Origin: Bugula neritina
Taxonomy: Eukaryota; Animalia; Bryozoa
DNA length: 64,000 nucleotides
Reading direction: 5' to 3'
NCBI GenBank assembly: GCA_964035545.1
Contig: OZ037768.1
Location: forward strand, 2,450,741-2,514,740
Shown: piece by piece, positions 14,648-29,600 of the stretch
How the letters are laid out: each line of letters opens with the position of its first letter
How positions within the stretch are numbered: the first letter of the stretch is position 1
Made by a program: the position numbers and the translations under genes
Notes under the pieces: model-generated
Told to the model about the DNA's origin: nothing
Seen by the model: only the letters and a program-made list of their open reading frames with translations
The model's database searches: none

Positions 14648-17600
14648 CTAATCACCAAGTTTAAGCGTGTGAAAAGTGTCTTTCCTTGGGGGTTTGGGTG
14701 GTTCCACCCTTGCCATCACATGCCTGGCATAGTCCGTATTGTGCAACCCAGCATCACGAAGTTTTGTCTCCAATTTCAGCCTCGGATCTGAAGAAATTTG
14801 CCCGGAGTTGAAAGTGTGAATGTCAAACAATGGCTGATGCATGTTCACCCCGTCAGCTGGTACTGGCATTCGTCTATGTTGCCAATTCTGCAAAATATTT
14901 AAATAAATATTTAACTTAAGTTTTACCAACAAACCTAATATAGTGCCCAAAGTCTATACTAGCGAATATCCAGTATTCACTGTGGATATAATAGCAATAA
15001 TTTTTTGAAAGAGAGGCTTATTGACGTGAATTAACTCGCTATGCACACCGCAGAATTGTGTTGAAACATTGGAATCCAAACAGAGCCAATAAATTAGATG
15101 ACGCTTGAGGCTGGCTCAGGCACTTTGCCCACAGCACTGGTATCAGCAGAGGCTACTGGAAAATCTCTATAGTACGCAAGTGGTGGTCTCTTCTCGACCC
15201 TTTGACCTCTTTACAGCGCAAACAAAATTTATGCAAACTGGCATTATATGAGTTGGCATTTCATAAAACTTTAATAACTAGCATTCATGTTGAAACGATA
15301 TTCTCTCGATTGCACAACAAGCAGAACAGAAAAATATTGGCAATAGAATGAGAATAGCTCCATTCCACTTCCTTGTTGAGCATAAATTTATAGATTTCTT
15401 GAAATTAGCAATGCAACTCTATAATGATTTGGTTTCCTTTTATTTAACACTGGCAAATAGTGACAGGTACTTTTTGACGATTTTGCAAGGAGACTGTTGA
15501 ATTTCATAATGAGGAAGATAGTTGCAGCACTGTCATGATCAAAGCACTACCCTTCATAAACTTGACTGCCTGTTTCATTTGCAGACCACAAAGGAAATTA
15601 TGAAACTTTCATGTAATTTCAATAAGAAATAAAATTCATCTGAAAAACCCTTTTATGTAATCATTAAACATGCTGTCAAATGGTTAGAAACAGCAATGAC
15701 TATGTTCTTAAGTGGTGCAGTCCTTGAATTTTTGTAATTATAATACAACCAATGCATAGCATGTATACGAACCTCATTCTATTCATACAGCAAACAGTAA
15801 ATCGTATAGGCAACCCAAATATCAGGTTTTATTAAAATTAAATTATAAATTATTTGATACATTTTCCCTCCTAATAAATATAATGTACAACAAAAACCAT
15901 CCGGAAGTTTGGTTTTCTACTTAATTATTTCATTTCAGGAAAATAATTGCAGCTATTGGAATTTTCCATCTGTTTTGTTTTGCATTTGATTAGCATTTAA
16001 TCCACAGAACGTTGGGTTGGCACCCAAAGCTGAACTGTATTAAAATGCGGTGAAATTCAAGTGCCAACACTAATGTATGCACACACAAATTTTTATTATG
16101 TAAATTTTGAAAAAATTTAAAATGGAAAAAAAATCAGAATGAAAAACCTATGGGCAACAATAAAGTACCGGTTAGAAATAGGAAGTTGTGATGAGATATG
16201 CTCACTGCACGTTCGAGCAGCTCCGCAGACAGTTTGAAATGATAGCAAACAAACTAACAAGTAAATAGCAAAACAAGTTAAATAATATTATAATATAATA
16301 ACGAAATTATATTATATATAGTGATATATTATAATACAAAGTTATAAAATAATGATAAATTACATTATATTACAATAACCAAATTATACTATAGTAATAT
16401 ATTAGACTATAATACCTATATTTTAATACTAAATTGTGCAACAATAGCTAAACTATAGTATAGTAAAACATAACATAATCATAAAGGATCGTATAATAAG
16501 AAAACTACATTATAGAAATAAATTAATATTATAATAGTAAATTATATTATAACAAAACTACGCTATAATAATACACTATATTATAGTGATACACTACATT
16601 ATAGTAATACACTATATTATAGTAATACACTATATTATAGTAATACACTATATTATAGGGATACACTACATTATAATAATACACTATATTATAGTGATAC
16701 ACTACATTATAATAGTAAACTCTATTACAATAACCATATGCATCTTTTAGGAGAGAAAAAGAATTCTGTTTTTAAATACTTTAGCCAAGTCAAGAGAATG
16801 CACTAACTTTAATTAAACACAACTGATGCCTCAGCAAGAAGTCATATTTTATACAGAATAAAACTTTGCCTGAATTTACACAATTTTCATCCTATACTGC
16901 TGCTACATTTTAGTTTTCTGCTAATAAAAAGCAAAATTACGGAAACTGTGGATAATGTAATTGTAATAAAACTCCACATCAAATAAATTAAATTCGCAGC
17001 AATTTATGGCAGGTACACCCCACACACATCCTGGTCTATCCAGCCTGCTTTTCCTTATACCTCCATTTTGTCTCGATTCATCGATAAAAAATTTATGAAA
17101 ATTATTAGCGAAATAATAAATCATTTGATTATAAATCAAACTCAGGTAAATTAAAAGTTACACAACGATGTTTGAACTTTCAATATGACAACATACTTAT
17201 TTTCAAAATTTTATCGACACAATTTCATCGCCTCAAATGTTAACCAGACATTTGCTAGAAATATGGCTCATTAAAGCATAGCATATAGAAAGCATGATAC
17301 TAGCCTCGGTGTCCTTGATGACTCTATACGGGTCCACCTCAGCTACCACCCGTACTTTTTCTCTCAAAGCTTCTAATCTGCATTCCTTTTCATATTCCAG
17401 TTGTCTCTGTTCTTCTGCTTTCTTATGCTGAGCCTGGATTTTCTGCTGCTCCAGTTGTTCTCTGTGTTTAACTCTAAAAGGTGAAAATGTTGAATATGTA
17501 TTGAACTATATTTTACATCATATTTAAAGAAACTTGGTATTTATTAGATTTTACACTTAATGCCAATTTAAACATGAAAAAAAGTAAATGCTGATTTAAC

Positions 17601-20600
17601 AACTGGTGAAAGCAAATTTTTTGAGAACAGTTGAACAGTGTTTGAAAACACTAAAAACATGAATGTTACTTGACTTTTGCTCAGTGTCCATGCATTTACA
17701 CAGTTGGTAAAGGAGGGGGCAACTTTATGTTGTTAGTTCAACTACAGCTGTGTTACTCAATACACTCAGTGCTGAGTTCTTATTTTGATTTCAAGTTATC
17801 AAATTTTATATGCAGTTTAATGAGACATTGGATATAAGCTTAAACCTAGTCTATCCATAACATGCACTCTCACTCGTTTCACTTGTGTTATGTAACAAAA
17901 CAGTGAAATGACTAGGCCACTTTCTTTCCAGTGCGTTGGGTGTTTATAAACATAGAGAGAAGCCAGGAATGTATTACAGTTATAAGTAATAAAAAACAGG
18001 ATAGAATTAGCGAGGTGACACAAAGCACACAGCTGTTGTAGGTCAGAGGTCAAGATGCCGTAGACTGGCAAATGTTTGTTATTATAGCAGTGCTGACAAT
18101 AAAACAAAATAGCTATAATAATAAAAGGCATCTAAACCTATTCTTTTCCAATCAACCTTGAAACTAATAGTGTTGACTAGTATTTTAATTTTCAGTCATT
18201 TATAAGTATATGAGATTTAAAAAAAGTATTAGGAGAACTAGTTGTCCAGGTGAACAAAGCCCACTATTGAGTTCTTCGGTGAATGCATGATAAAATAATA
18301 GGAGGAAAGCTAATGGAAAAATAAAGGCCTTAGTCAGTGTCCTAAAATGAGTTCAGTTATTGCGAAATCACTCAGAACTGAAGAGTATATAATTTATAGG
18401 TTTTTTACACACAGTGAGTGACAAATGGAGCATGGACAATGAAATGATATCATATTATGTATGTAATTAATGGCAAACTGAATAATTTATACAAGATACA
18501 TTACAGTTTACACAACATCACTTCTGTGTATACAGCAGCTAATATAAACAGTGAAGACAGGGTCAGAGCTGGCTGAGATGTAAACAACACTTAGAAAATA
18601 AAGAATTTAGGCTATCTCAATTTCTCCACTACTGCTCCTAAATGAAATCATGACCAGCTCAGCTATGGAAAGATATTGTGATAGGCTATGTGTATTTATA
18701 AGTGTTACATAATATAAACAGTTTCACCTTTATATTAAGTTTTACTATCATATATAAAATTTATTCCTACTTTATTAAAATTTATAGAAATTAAACTGTT
18801 ACATACACACAGTAAGTAAGAATAACCAAAATGGAAATAAAACTTGCAAGGCGTGACGTCAGAAAACAACACAAATTTATTCAGTGAATCATCAGAGTGA
18901 ATAAATTTGAGTTAAACTCGTGAGAAACTCGTCAACTCTAGTGTACGTCTGCAGTAATTAACCAAAAACCTGTCAGCTGACCTTTCGGCGTCAACAATGG
19001 CTTGCGCTGCCTGCCGTTTTTGTAGCTCTTCCAGACGAATTTTGTCCACTTCAGCCTGTTTTCTTCTTTGTTCTTCTAAAACCTCGTGTCTTTGTTTGAT
19101 CTAAAAACAGGATGTTGGCTGAAAAAATTCCCCCTAGTCTCAGTTCCTATAAACTCAGTTTGGAATCAATTGGAGCTGAGGCTAATTGCTAATACTGTTT
19201 AGTAAGTTTAACCAATCTATTCTAATTTGAATTAAGACACCATAAAAATTCATTCAGAATGAATATGTAGGTTTGACTGAATAAAGATTTACATCCAATG
19301 TTTAAACATGTCCCTAAGGCCTAAGCAATCTATAGCTGTGCTTGCATTGGTGCTATCTGGTATACCTGCACATTGGATAGTGTTTTGGGACTAATTATAA
19401 TGTGTAAAATAATAAAGGGTAATTCAAGTTTAATTCCTTTTATACATTTCTGAAATAAAAAGTGAGGCAAACTGAATGCCATTGTATAGGCATACCTCTT
19501 AAAGTGATACTTATATGAGAAGACAACTCTAAATAAAATATAGTAAGCAGCAGTTTCAATATTACTTAGCCTAAGGATTGTATCTTAATTTCTTTACCAA
19601 ATAAAAAATGAAAAGACTTGAAGCCTAATTGTGGTTTACTTCACATAAAGTGGTGTTTGTGACAAAAATTATTTAACTTTCAACTATATTTCAATGGCAC
19701 AGTTGAGCTCTAGGATAGAATTTTCATTTACACCTCCAAATAATTCAACACTGCTGTTGAAAAAAGCAAAATAATGAAAGAAATTTGAGCAGCTGTGTAC
19801 AATTAGTCCAGTTTATACTTTTTCCTTGTCTTTTTTGCGTCTTTGCTTTACTTTCTCTTCTTGTGCAAGTCTCTCTTCCTCTGCTATTCGCATTTCTTCC
19901 TGCAGTAACTTCTGTCTAATTAGCATAATCTCCATCCTTTCCTCTCTCCATGATTTCACCTGATTTCAAAATGCTATTAAAATTATACAAAGTGATACGA
20001 ACCACATAATCGCATTTTGCAAATTTCTCAATGCTTACCAGCCATTAATCAAAGCTTAACGCCAGCTAACCCATCTACGCTACTCCACTGATACTAGCAG
20101 ATATGACACAGCTATTTTACCACAAATTAAATTGTTAAAACATTAATATGTAAATCAATCCACCGGTCTTAAGAAAATGATTTTTTCCTGTTTATAATGT
20201 TTAATAACTAGGTTTTGAAAAAAGTATATTTGGGGAAAGCTATTACCAATATTTGAGTATAAGTAAATAAAAACAAAGATAAAACTTTGGCAATCAGTGT
20301 TGCGAGCACCACCTCAATAAAAAGTAAACAATTGCCCATTAGACAGTAAAACAATGCTTTACAGTGCTGGGTCAGTTAATATCATGAATGTGGGCATTAA
20401 TATCAGGGACATGCAACTCCTAAAACTTAATACCAAATATGATAGCATATTCAGTATTTAAAACGGACCTTGAATTACTGCAATTTCGTATTATCGCAGA
20501 CTTCACATTTTAGTTGTCTATGAGCAGTAATAGTTAGTCTAGAACTTAAGGTAGTTAGTTAACATGCTTACTATATACTGGGTATACACACATCAGTGAA

Positions 20601-23600
20601 AGGTGGAAAAAACTCTCTAAATTTAAGATTGTATCTTTTACTTGGTACAACTATATTGAATATTTCAACCATTTTTTTCAACAAGATGCGTTTACAATGA
20701 ATTCAGTTGCTTTTCTATGTATTGTTTCCTAGAAACGGCTATACATAGGTGGGTTACATAACTCAACTTTCTACAGCATAATCAATCGCATATTAAGGAT
20801 TTAAATGAAATACAGGTGTGCAAGTTGTGTAGCTCAGGTTAAATTAGTATACTATAATACAGAGCACACACAAATAACCTTCAAATGTTAGTCCAGTTCC
20901 TCTATATGATATAAAATATACTTTTCTCATCCTATTCCAATGCCATTAAAAAGCAGCTGTAGTTGTTTAATGGACATTTTTGTGTTTGCTAATGTGGTTA
21001 ACATTATAAAAGAATCAATTTTGCCAGTAGCTCTTTCAAGGAACTAAAGTTACATTTTTTACACACATGCAGGTTTTATTAGAGACAAAAAGACATTCTG
21101 CAACAAGGATATAGAATATGTTGGTTTTTGCAGTCTCTTTGAATATTACACAAACACATTATTTGTTGTTAATGAGCTCTGGCTGAAGAGTGTTGCTGGT
21201 ACAGTATACCAAATTTGTAGTACCCCGAGGTGTTGCGTGTTTACCGGTCATGAAATGAAGAGGCACTTTGCTGAAAATTTCCAACACGTAAAAAGATGTA
21301 TTTTATAAAATACACCAAACAATCTGCGTTTATTTTTTATCATAGTGTCCAACTGTTCAATAGTGATTCAGCTTTGTGTTCGTATTAAGATATTGCAGCA
21401 GCTAGCAACCGTAATAATTGAACTAGTTTTATTCTTAATCTTCAAAGTAGAAAAAGTGAAGTAGCACTGCATTTATATATTTGAAAGTTGATCGTTTCAA
21501 AACTTCAAAAATAAAAAAACATGTAAACCGTGTTTCAAAGAACCAGTTAGCCAGCGTTTATTTTTAAATTTAACCTTCTTTGACCAGAAGTAGGAAAGAC
21601 ACGACAAAAAATAATTTCAACGAATTCTGCCAAACCAACAGATAAGATAGTAGCCAATAAAACTTGATGAATGATTCACACTTGTGTCATTTCTCTTCCA
21701 GTTTGTAAGAAAAAATTCACATTTAGGAGCAGGAGTGGAGAAACTGGGCTAGCATAAGTTCTTCAATTTTTTTATTAAATTTTGGTTTGGAGTGTGGATA
21801 GAATTTTTTGCAAAAGCATAACTACGGTTGCTACATTTCTAATATAAAACACAGGCTTTTCTCGATTTCTCCATTACTGCACCTACCTCAAAATTCAACT
21901 GGTTTTTTAAATGCACAGTTTGGACAAATTGGTGGCTATGCTTTTGTCATTTTTCTAAGTTTCTGACAATAATTTAAAACACATGAATTGATGTATCATA
22001 CTTCTAAACTAACCGCTATGGATATAGTGAATAAGCATAGCAATAACCATTTGATGTATATTTAATTTGCTTTGTATTTAATTTGCTTTCTTCTATGAGA
22101 AATCTTAGTTGAAACAAATTATGTTTCACTAAAATAATTTATTATTCATATTATTTGATACATTAACTTGAAAATATCACCTTTATTCAGTTATTGAAAA
22201 TTAATTTTTCTTTTTTAACCAATTTTTCTGTAACATCACACTAATTACTCAAATCCTGGTAACTCCTACATCAATCTCATGCTTATGCACCTTTAAACCT
22301 ATAAATCAATTCTCTAAAAGATCTCTGTTTAACTATCACAGGTTGAAGATTTTTGAGTTCAAAAAAGTTGAGAACAAAAACACAGTAAAATTTTAAAAAC
22401 AAACCATTTGCACATTTAAAGGAATATGACTAGCTTTAACTTTTTCTACACAAAAGACTCCTTAGTCTGCACAAACTAATGCAAAGAAGGCAAATAAGAT
22501 GGTGGGAAAAATTCACAACAAACAACCCTGCGAGCAATTGCTGAAAAATTTCAACCCTCAGTGAAGGTGAACCAACTCTTTGATATACAAAATAATACCG
22601 TGCATTAGCCACGCCCACTGCAAAGATCTCTACACACACAATAAACGTAGTGTTGACCTTGTCGTAGAGGATGTTGCACAGCTCCTGTTGCTGTTGGCTT
22701 CTTTCAGCCTGAGCCACTTGCAGCTCGTACTCAGTTTGTGCTTCGTAGAACACTGCCTTCGCTTTGTCCAACAGCTCCTTGCGGTCACGATACCTGTAAA
22801 AGGTCACGATACCTGTAAAAGGTCACGTGGCAGGTTACATGACAGGTAACAAACCTTATTGCCAGAAATGGATTCGTGCGGAATTTTAGCCCCACTCTTG
22901 TCAAATTATCAGTTCAAATCTGATATACATATTAAAATATATACGACGCTATTTCCTTCATTAAAACTGCTAAAGATTTAAAAAAATAACCTGTAATTAT
23001 TATGAGGATATAGGAAATGGCAGACATGTTATGCAATATAATAATTGCCAACAGAATCTATCCATCTATGTAGCTTAAAATTCATGCAAGCTATATGAAC
23101 ATATATTTGTATTGAGAATTTTGTATTGTTTAAGCCTTAAATACTACAAATTCCAGTTTCTCCTGATGTTTCTAACAAACAGATTAATTAGCAGATGGCG
23201 TGACTTTCAAATATCCTAGTTTGAACCTGCCTTTTGCAAGCCATAAACTGTGAAAAATTCATATAATTAGTTGTCTTTGTCTGAACATTACTGCCTTCAA
23301 AGTATGTCCTGTCAGGCAAAAGTAAAAATACAGGATGTGAAAGAAACAAACAGGATGTGAATTGGCTTCATCAGCAACCTTTGTGTAGTTTTGTCAGGAA
23401 CTGACCAGAATTTCAACTAATGTCCAGCATTTTCTCTCATCCAACGCTTTTGGCAATAATAAAACATTCAAACTTTACCTGTTATTATACAGCATACCTG
23501 AATGCTCATTTTGTTGGCAATTACCATTTCGCAATATGTCTGCCATTTCCTACATCCTTATATTAATTACGAGTAAATCTTTTCAAAAATCTTTAGTAGT

Positions 23601-26600
23601 TCTAATGATGAAAACATTAAGTGCAAATTATTAACAATGCAAATTGTACCCAAATATCTGTAGCAACCAAAAAGAAAAATATTCTACCAGTCAGTTAGTT
23701 GAGTTTTGCAACCCTTTATTAATTTCTTAAACTTTTGTTATGCAATAGATAATATAATTATTATTCTTCTGTCACGCCAGGCAATCATAGTGAACGCCTT
23801 CCACAACTTGATTGTGCATGTCTCGTAATGCAGACCACAAAAGTGTTGAAACTTCAGCTAAGAGGATAAGAGAGCAGAGAAATGGCAATTATACTACCTC
23901 ACTTTCGCTATCACAGTGGCACTGCTTACCATAAACATCCTGTTCCACATAATGTGATCAGCTGACACTAGGTGTGATGCATGAGCTACGAATATTTTAT
24001 GATTTTTATGGAAGTCACTTAAAAATACTTAGAAAGTTGCTTCCTATTTGCTGATTTCTTTTGAAATCAGTCATTGACTAGTTAAATAATATCACAGATA
24101 TTATCATATCCGAATGCCATGTTGAATTATTGCCGCAGCTAAATATAGCTTGCAGACGTGTCAGCTAAAATATGATTATTAGGCATCAAAACACCAGTGA
24201 ATATTTATGTCTTTGATTTTGCAGTCTCTTTACTTGTCCAATTGTTGACGTATTTTCATTTACTATCAATTCCAAAAGTTAAGAGTAAAGCCATGAGTAA
24301 AAAAGCAAATGTTAGTCCGGAATGGCTATCAAACTTCTCGATATTATATAGTGGACAGGAAGAGTCGAATACATGTCACCGCAATTTACTTTCACGGCAC
24401 TAAACAGAGCGCAACGTTACTTCACACTAGTGCTGACAACTCCTAAATATTTCTTCCTTAAGATCTTCTAATTTTTGGAATATAAATGATTCCTTAGTTG
24501 CAAATATTTACTTATTTTGCTATTAAGTATTATTTGTGTGAATATGAAGAGCTGCAATGAGCTCTAGCCTACCAGTCATTCACCAGTGATCTCTTCTGCC
24601 TGTGGAAGTTTCGCGCTCTGATCACCCAGTCTTCGTGGGCAACCAAATCAGCTCTGCATTTGGAAGGAAATTGTTTCTTTAACCTGTGGGAATAGGAAAT
24701 ACAGCTTATTTTGTATCTCTTTACATAATAAACATACACAAGTTGCACACACATCCCCAGGTATAATATGAAAACATATAAACTAGACACCATCTTGGAC
24801 AAGGTCAGATGGGCATTTACAAGCTAATTTGTAAGCAAGTGCATGCTGTGAATTCAAGATGATTTTGAGTAACTATTTTCTTGATCATAAAAAGCAACAA
24901 ATTGATATGATTGTAATGTTATAAATACAGTAACAAATAATATGTCATAACTCTAACTAAAAGTCAATTATTTATTTAAAATAATGCACCCTATGCAATA
25001 GTTTTCATTATGGAAATTGCATATTTTTATTTAACCATTTGTTTAATTAATAGTACAATTTTGAGTATATCCTAATCAGAATATACAGAACATTGCAACA
25101 AGTCTACGTAATATAATACAACACTGCATATTTTGTTATCAGGAATTGAATCAACTTGACTCACATAAAAACTATTTAAAACAAAATGCCAGGAAATACA
25201 CCAAACACCTAACTAAATAGATAATTTCGTAAGATATATAAACAGCCAATGAACTTGCTAGCTCTTATGCAGGTGTTGACTTTCCTAATTCTATATCAAA
25301 AATAGACTTCCCTGAGGTAATAAACTTTCCTCAAAAATATAGAAAGTTGGCAGCATTCCAGCATTATGGTGACACACATACAATAAATTGATTATTTTAT
25401 TTTGTAATAATATATAACAATTAACATCATAAGGGTTGGCTGGTGGTGAAAGAAAACTTATGTGCTACAAACATATATTTGTCAAGTTAAAATTATATTC
25501 TTTAAAAGCTGGTATAAACACAGAGTCCAAGCAAACTAAAAATCTTATTTGAAAAATTGAAAAAAAAATTAACATAAAACTAAACTAAATATCATTCATT
25601 AAATGATTATACACGTAAAAGGAGCATAACTCTTAATTGCATACGTATTTTCAGTGGCAAAATTATGACTTGCAAAAGTAATTCACCCTTGACCCTTGTT
25701 GCACAATCATGTGAATTACTTCAAAGTAAATATTGACAAAATAGTTATTGCAACAACCGAATCAGTTTTAAATTCAAAACATTTATTTTGATGTTTTTGC
25801 TTTACGTAAATTTTTTTCAAGTCTCGCCATTAAATTTTAGCCTGGTATACATGTCCTGCCAGAGTAGGAACATATATCATATTTACCTATCCATGTATAT
25901 GGTTCTTCTATTATGCAAATCAAAGGAATGTTGATCCAAAATAGCTTGAAATTGAAAATGATCGTCTTTGGCCCAACCGCCATTTTCAATGCTGAAACAC
26001 AAAATAATAGGATACAGCTCTCTATTAAAAAAATTACCTGCAAGCCGACAAACCAGTCTATTACTCTTTAGGGTGCTCAAAAGTAACACAAAGTCACCAG
26101 TAAACGCAAAATATATTCTTCATTTCACTTGCATATATACAGTACTTACATAACAATATACAAACTATTAAAATATCTTCTTGAAACAAAAGTTCTCTTC
26201 TTTTAAGCAAGAGGACACAACTTTGTAAAAAAGAAAAAAACTACTCAGCTTTTTATAACATGTATGTACATACACAAAAACAAAGACAGATACAATAAAA
26301 TAAGTTTAAACAAGAAAGTTGGAAAAAATATATATTTCAATATCATCAATCAAACTATAATCAAATTATAGTTAGAAATATAAATTAATTTGTTACCAGT
26401 TTAAGATACTTTAATATTTATTATAAGATTAGAATACCAACATTACTACGTATAGAATAGAAGATGTTCACAGCAACTGCTTACCAAATGACATCAGCGT
26501 ATGTCTCGTCTAAGTTGTCTATACGGTCAGTGTACTTCTGGTCAATGATTATAAACTCTTCTAGGACTGACATCTTAAGTTCGTCATTTGGACAGTGTAA

Positions 26601-29600
26601 CTGGAGAGCTTCGTTTGGTATACCAGTTGGCGGGTGCCGAACCTCTGTTTGCTGATTAGCTATTTCACCCAAAATACCTGCAAAGCACAGACTACATTTA
26701 AAACTTGTTGTCATTAACATTAATAAAATTATTCATAATCTATAACTATTAATAGCTTCAAACTTGGATGAGCAGAAAGAAGTTTCCTTGCAATATGTTG
26801 TCAAAAGTTTACAAAACTAAGCCCAAGACAGACACATCTAGTCAAAAATTGTATTATATTTCTGTATTTACTAATAAAAAAAGTGGTATAAACAATGATA
26901 TTCAGGTTTGGCAGAGTTTTTCTAGTAGTTATCTAAACGGCTAAATATAATATTTGGTAGTTCACTAGGAATTTTCCAGATGAGTTCAAAAGGTTAAATA
27001 AAACATAGGTATGGACACCAGCTTACCTTTTGACAGATCTTGTTCACAGGACAACTGTTCATTATGAAGTCTTTCAAGCACCTGTTTCTGTTGTCCCTGC
27101 ACTGACAGAATGGTCTCCATGATCTCATCAGGAGACCCCAAATCTTCCCCAGCATTGTCTGGGTTGACACCTCGCTGGGCTGATATTTGACTGATCCAAT
27201 ATCGAAGGTCATCTCTGTAGCATAAGGAACACATAGACACTACTAAGACTAGAAAGGGGGCTAAATAAACATCTCACAAAATTTTATATAAATATATTAG
27301 TAAAATGCAGTCTTATAACTGTTTGCTAAGTAATAGTTCTATAGCATCAAACATCAACTCCCATGATAAAGTCTGAAAATCTCTGTAACAATGTATAAGA
27401 TGAGAATCTGTATTCATTCTTTTGAGAAATTTGACAGAGAAAAGCTTTAGGTGGACTATGAACTATTACGAGCAGGTGAACTATGGTAGGTAAGGTAAGC
27501 AGGTGAACCAATGATGGACAGGTGGGCTATGGTGAGTAGCCTAGCTGTGCTCAAATTATGCTGACAACATGAATTAAAGACTTTCCCAGAACGTTGAAAA
27601 CATATCTGGACATTGCCAAACCTCTGCACACCCACATCTAAACACTAGAACAGTCACCTCAACTCCCATATTGGATCAACAGTTCCCTTTTTAAACTCTG
27701 CAAATTCCACACTCAACCGAGACCCATAGGCTTCAAAGTCATCATAGATGTGGCCAACATCCTCCATTTCCAAAGCTGAAGTTTAAAAAGAAATCATTTT
27801 TTTATTACAACGATACAGGCAAACTACATGTTCTATGAAAAGACAACTCCAAGATATTATCAGACAAAGCTAAAAATAGTGCATAGCGTTGCGCTGAAGA
27901 AATTCCAAACAAAACGCAGGTAAATATTTTAATTAAATTTTAATAATTAGAAATATTCAAATAAAATTAGCTTTGACTGATTCACCATGTCGTGTGTGCA
28001 AGTCAACATCTGCAGTATTTCTTTTTCTAAGTGAGTTAAGATGAGACAACTCTTTCATCCAAACAGCGTTATGCTGCTTCAGCATACTTTGCTCTTTGGT
28101 GTTTTTTGAAGCTTGCTCTATTTGCTTTATCTGCAATCAGAAAATCTTTTAAACAACTCGAAAATGAATATTGTTTAAAAAAAGTAACACTTACAAAACC
28201 TGGTCTGTTTTACTTATACTATTCATATATCAAAAGATCATTAATCATTATATTATTTTTAATTATTATAAACCAATATTCAATATATATGACTCGGAGT
28301 ACACAACTCCTATTTTATTGTATAGCCTTGAAAATCTCACTAACCTTGACTAAAGAATTATTTCCTTTAAACTTCATCTCTTGAGCTTTGAGCTTAAGTT
28401 GCTCATAGTCGACTTGTTTATACTTGTTACTTTGAACACCATTCAATAACCTCAAAGCCAACTTTTCTAAAACATCAACTAAAATGTAATATTATAACCT
28501 AGCTTTCATATTATCAGTTTTTATGTTGAGAATTTATTTGTAACAACAGCGTATAAGCAGCAGCAGTAGGTAGATAACTGTTGTAGTTTACATGTACAAA
28601 GTATTTTGATTAAAAAAGTGCAAACTGCACAGATCTAATGGCTACATGCTATGTTATGACTATTTGCAGTCAATTTTTCCAATCAACTCCACATAAATGA
28701 CTTTAGATCCAAACTTATCTATGATGCAGACAGCTTATACAAAACTGGAAGTTATAGTAGTTATAAATGAGAAATACGTTTAGCTTCATCTGTCCCCACT
28801 CCTGCCAACATTGGTCCTGTAGCCATTCTAGAGCTGTTGACTAATGACCTGTAATCTCTAGTGCCACTCATACTAGAACTACGCCATCTACTACATTCAG
28901 ATACATATTCTTTATACTCTGTTGTCAACTGCAAATTGTAGCAAACTATATACAATGTTCATATATTTTTAACTATATCAGTTGTATTGCTAGTTATAGA
29001 GCAATCATATCTGTTGATTTGATAGCAGAGTAAATTTGTAATTAAATTTTGATTTCAATTTTCATTTTTAATATCAAGATTAATAACAGAACATTTAAAT
29101 AGTTTCATAGCCAAATATTCTGCTTATAAATAATTCGTTAGTTATACTTCCAGTGCTTTAAAAATATAACCATTCAATAGTCATAAATATTAAATAAAAA
29201 GATATTTTATCCATAATTTGATTGCCAAATAATTAATATCTGAGCAAATATAATAAGTTTAAAATAAAACCTGTGTTAGTTTTACTTTAAACCATGGTCA
29301 GTAAGTTATCAATTATATATTTATTATTGCCTTAACTTATTATGAAATTTATTATATCTGTATTTTGATGTAAAAATCGCACTAATCTTCACAATAATCC
29401 TCATTATAATACAAATTGTCTGAGTTTACAACTCATTATTATGGTACATATTAGTATTATTTGCTATTACTATAAAAGGTCTAAAACTTGAAAAAAATAA
29501 ACATGTGTTTTTATTTTAATCTTTATCTTATGCTTAGTTATTACTCATTTTCATCAACAATTTAGTTAAAAATAAACATTTTACGCATGAATGTCAAACT

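Noticed and set aside
21200-21850. CpG-containing intronic block that may be an interspersed repeat
   Set aside because: No termini, TSD or coding remnant could be defined from one window.
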